In this document: positions 29,979 through 32,000 of the stretch, one piece after another
Numbering within the stretch: position 1 is the stretch's first letter
Layout of the letters: each line of letters begins with the position of its first letter
Assembly: GCA_965250005.1 (NCBI GenBank)
Contig: OZ252279.1
Location: 1,920,001 to 1,952,000, forward strand
Length of the DNA: 32,000 bases
Direction of reading: 5' to 3'
Origin: Demequinaceae bacterium
GTDB taxonomy: Bacteria; Actinomycetota; Actinomycetes; Actinomycetales; Demequinaceae
Program-made: the position numbers and the translations under genes
Notes under the pieces: model-generated
What the model saw: the letters and a program-made list of their open reading frames with translations, nothing else
The model's database searches: none
Told to the model about the DNA's origin: nothing

Positions 29979-30575
29979 CTACAGGGCGGTCGCGCTCCCG
30001 AGCGCCCGGATGGCGGCGGGGCCATCGACGTCCCGGAAGATCGCGTTCTCGACCACGAGTCCGGGGATGAGCGCGAAGATGGCCTGCGCGAGTCGCGCGG
30101 CGTCAATGTCCGTCGAGACTGCGCCCGTTGACTGGCGGACCCGGATGCTCTCCTCGATCTGCCCCCTGACACTGCCGTAGCCTTCGGAAAGAATTCCGCG
30201 CAGGGACTCGTCGCGAGCAGCTTCCGCCCAGATGGCGATGGCCATCGCGCTGAAATCCATGCCTTCCGCCGTCGTTTTGCGGGCAATCCTGCCGGACAGT
30301 GCCGCGACCGCCTCAAGCAAGTCGTCGCCGACGGGCTCGGTCAGGGCTTCCGTCGCCATCGCGCCGATCATGGCCATCGCGCGTTTCGCGGAGGCGTGGA
30401 TGAGCGCCCGCTTGTTCGGGAAGTAGCGGTAGACCGAGCCGGCCGACATCTTGGATGCCTTGATCACCTGGGCCATGGAGGCGGCGTGGAACCCATCGCG
30501 CGCGAAGCACAGCATCGCGGCGCTGAGAATCTGCTCGCGGCGCATTGTGAGGTGCTCGGGAGAGGTCTTCGGCAT
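29979..30575 (-). CDS. TetR-family transcriptional regulator
   Basis: 198 aa; RREQILSAAMLCFARDGFHAASMAQVIKASKMSAGSVYRYFPNKRALIHA. Confidence 0.92.
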   Translation of the reverse strand: MPKTSPEHLTMRREQILSAAMLCFARDGFHAASMAQVIKASKMSAGSVYRYFPNKRALIHASAKRAMAMIGAMATEALTEPVGDDLLEAVAALSGRIARKTTAEGMDFSAMAIAIWAEAARDESLRGILSEGYGSVRGQIEESIRVRQSTGAVSTDIDAARLAQAIFALIPGLVVENAIFRDVDGPAAIRALGSATAL

Positions 30576-30655
30576 GGCTCGAGTATAGAGGTGAATCTAA
30601 GAAAAGTGAACGTTCGTTCTTGACAGATGCGGGCGCGTATGCTCAAGATGTGCGC

Positions 30656-31654
30656 ATGACACAAACAGCATCGAGCAAAAAGGCCGCAGCAGTGCCCGCG
30701 GCGTCCTCCGTCCGCGACGTTGCACGCTTCGTCGCACTCTCGGCCGTCATGGTGACGGTCATTCTCATCGCCTTCGGCTGGCCTTCCACGGCAACCACGC
30801 CGCACGATGTCAAGCTCGCGGTAGCGGGTCCCGATGCAGCGGTCGCGCAGGTTGCTGCTTCCCTCGAGGCGAGCCAGCCCGGCGTCTTCGAGGTTGTGGC
30901 CGCATCCTCGGCAGCAGACGCTCAGGCGCTCGTCGAGGAGCGTGACGCCGCTGGCGCGATCGTCCTCGGAGCCTCCGGCCCGGAGTCCGTCATCGTCGCG
31001 TCATACGCGTCGCCTGCTTTGTCGCAGGTAATCCAAGGGGTCGCGAACGGCATCGCGAGCGTCGGCGCGCCCAGCGCGGCGCTTCCGGTGACGGACGTCG
31101 CACCCCTGCCCGAGTCTGACCCGCGCGGCTTCGGCATCCCGATTTCCGCACTGCCCCTCGCCATTGCCGGAATCGCGATCGGCGCGGCCTTTGCCATGCA
31201 GATCAATGGCACCCGCCAGCGCCTGCTGGGAGCGTCTGCGGCGGCTGCCCTCGCTGGCGTCGGGATCGTCTCGGTGCTGCACGGCTGGTTCGGAACGTTC
31301 TCCGGGAACCTGATGGCCGAATACGGGCTGGTGGTTCTCGGAATCCTTGCGACCGCGTTCGCGATCATCGGCTTCCACAGACTGATCGGCGTCGCTGGCG
31401 TCGGTGTCGTCGCCGCGGCCGTGATGCTGCTTGGCACCCCGATTTCGGGAGCGGGCACGGCGCCGCAAATGGTCCCGGCTGGTTGGGCCGAGCTCGGCCA
31501 GGCGCTTCCCCCCGGCGCGATCACCGCGGGGATTCGTTCTGTGGCAGGGTTCGACGGCGTGGGGGCGACCGGACCGATTCTGGTTCTCAGCGCGTGGGCG
31601 CTGGTCGGCCTCGCGCTCGCGCTGGTCGGCGCGAGGCGGGCGTCCGCCAGGTAG
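30656..31654 (+). CDS. Membrane protein resembling an ABC-2/YhgE-Pip-type permease
   Basis: Start taken at internal MTQTASSKK; N-terminal TM, extracytoplasmic region, then about 5-6 hydrophobic segments; divergent from the TetR gene. Confidence 0.6.
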   Translation: MTQTASSKKAAAVPAASSVRDVARFVALSAVMVTVILIAFGWPSTATTPHDVKLAVAGPDAAVAQVAASLEASQPGVFEVVAASSAADAQALVEERDAAGAIVLGASGPESVIVASYASPALSQVIQGVANGIASVGAPSAALPVTDVAPLPESDPRGFGIPISALPLAIAGIAIGAAFAMQINGTRQRLLGASAAAALAGVGIVSVLHGWFGTFSGNLMAEYGLVVLGILATAFAIIGFHRLIGVAGVGVVAAAVMLLGTPISGAGTAPQMVPAGWAELGQALPPGAITAGIRSVAGFDGVGATGPILVLSAWALVGLALALVGARRASAR

Positions 31655-31665
31655 CTACGTTGAGG

Positions 31666-31702
31666 TTCCGCGAGGGAGCGGGAAGCCGTCTTCCTCGCGG
31701 AA
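31666..31702 (+). terminator. Intrinsic-type terminator after the membrane protein gene
   Basis: Perfect 10-bp inverted repeat TTCCGCGAGG (31666-31675) / CCTCGCGGAA (31693-31702), 12 nt after the stop. Confidence 0.6.
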
Positions 31703-31778
31703 GCCCGCGTTAGCGGTAGGTCTTCATCGAATAGTCTGGCGGGAATCAATTGACTCCCGTCCAGAACCGGAGATGAAC

Positions 31779-32000
31779 ATGAATTCAGTCGCACCCACAT
31801 CCGCTAGGGCACTGCTGGTCGCCGCGCTAGCGCTCGCACTCGCTGGCTGCGCGCCCGCTGAGTCCGAGCCACCCGCAGCCTTCGACGGATCTCACGTCGG
31901 TGTCGAGGCGTGGGCGGCTGCGGCAGAACAGCCAGGAGTCGTCGTTCTCGATGTGCGCACCCCGGAGGAATTCGCCGAAGGTCACATCGACGGCGCTGTG
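31779..32000 (+). CDS. Rhodanese-like domain lipoprotein, 3' truncated by window edge
   Basis: MNSVAPTSARALLVAALALALAGCAPAESEPP...GVEAWAAAAEQPGVVVLDVRTPEEFAEGHIDGAV; GGAG 6 nt upstream of the ATG. Confidence 0.8.
   Translation, partial: MNSVAPTSARALLVAALALALAGCAPAESEPPAAFDGSHVGVEAWAAAAEQPGVVVLDVRTPEEFAEGHIDGAV

Overview
High-GC actinobacterial chromosomal segment (Micrococcales-like gene content, inferred). On + unless noted, in order: partial NAD(P)H-quinone dehydrogenase LpdA; membrane EEP-family protein (-); acyl-CoA carboxylase alpha subunit AccA3-like (-); Maf pyrophosphatase (-); MenG/UbiE methyltransferase (-); an iron-uptake block (-) comprising feoC-like, feoB, feoA, a stand-alone cupredoxin lipoprotein and an EfeU/FTR1 permease, with two candidate DtxR/IdeR boxes; accE and accD (-); birA; two small membrane proteins; an SRAP (YedK/HMCES-like) gene interrupted by one in-frame TGA (-); a 29-aa micro-ORF overlapping a 913-aa anchored surface protein, then a 254-aa secreted Ig/FN3-like protein; a compact Tad/Flp pilus cluster (tadA, tadB, tadC, pilin-like, two TadE-like, one TadE/G-like); an orphan sugar-type solute-binding lipoprotein (-); prfB; pflB-pflA; a TetR regulator (-) divergent from a membrane protein; and a partial rhodanese-like lipoprotein. 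No CRISPR, phage, transposase or rRNA was seen. The best candidates for something under-described are the 15.3-23.7 kb surface-protein/Tad region, whose pilin-like peptide is non-canonical, and the hybrid iron locus. I do not see clear evidence for a wholly new system.
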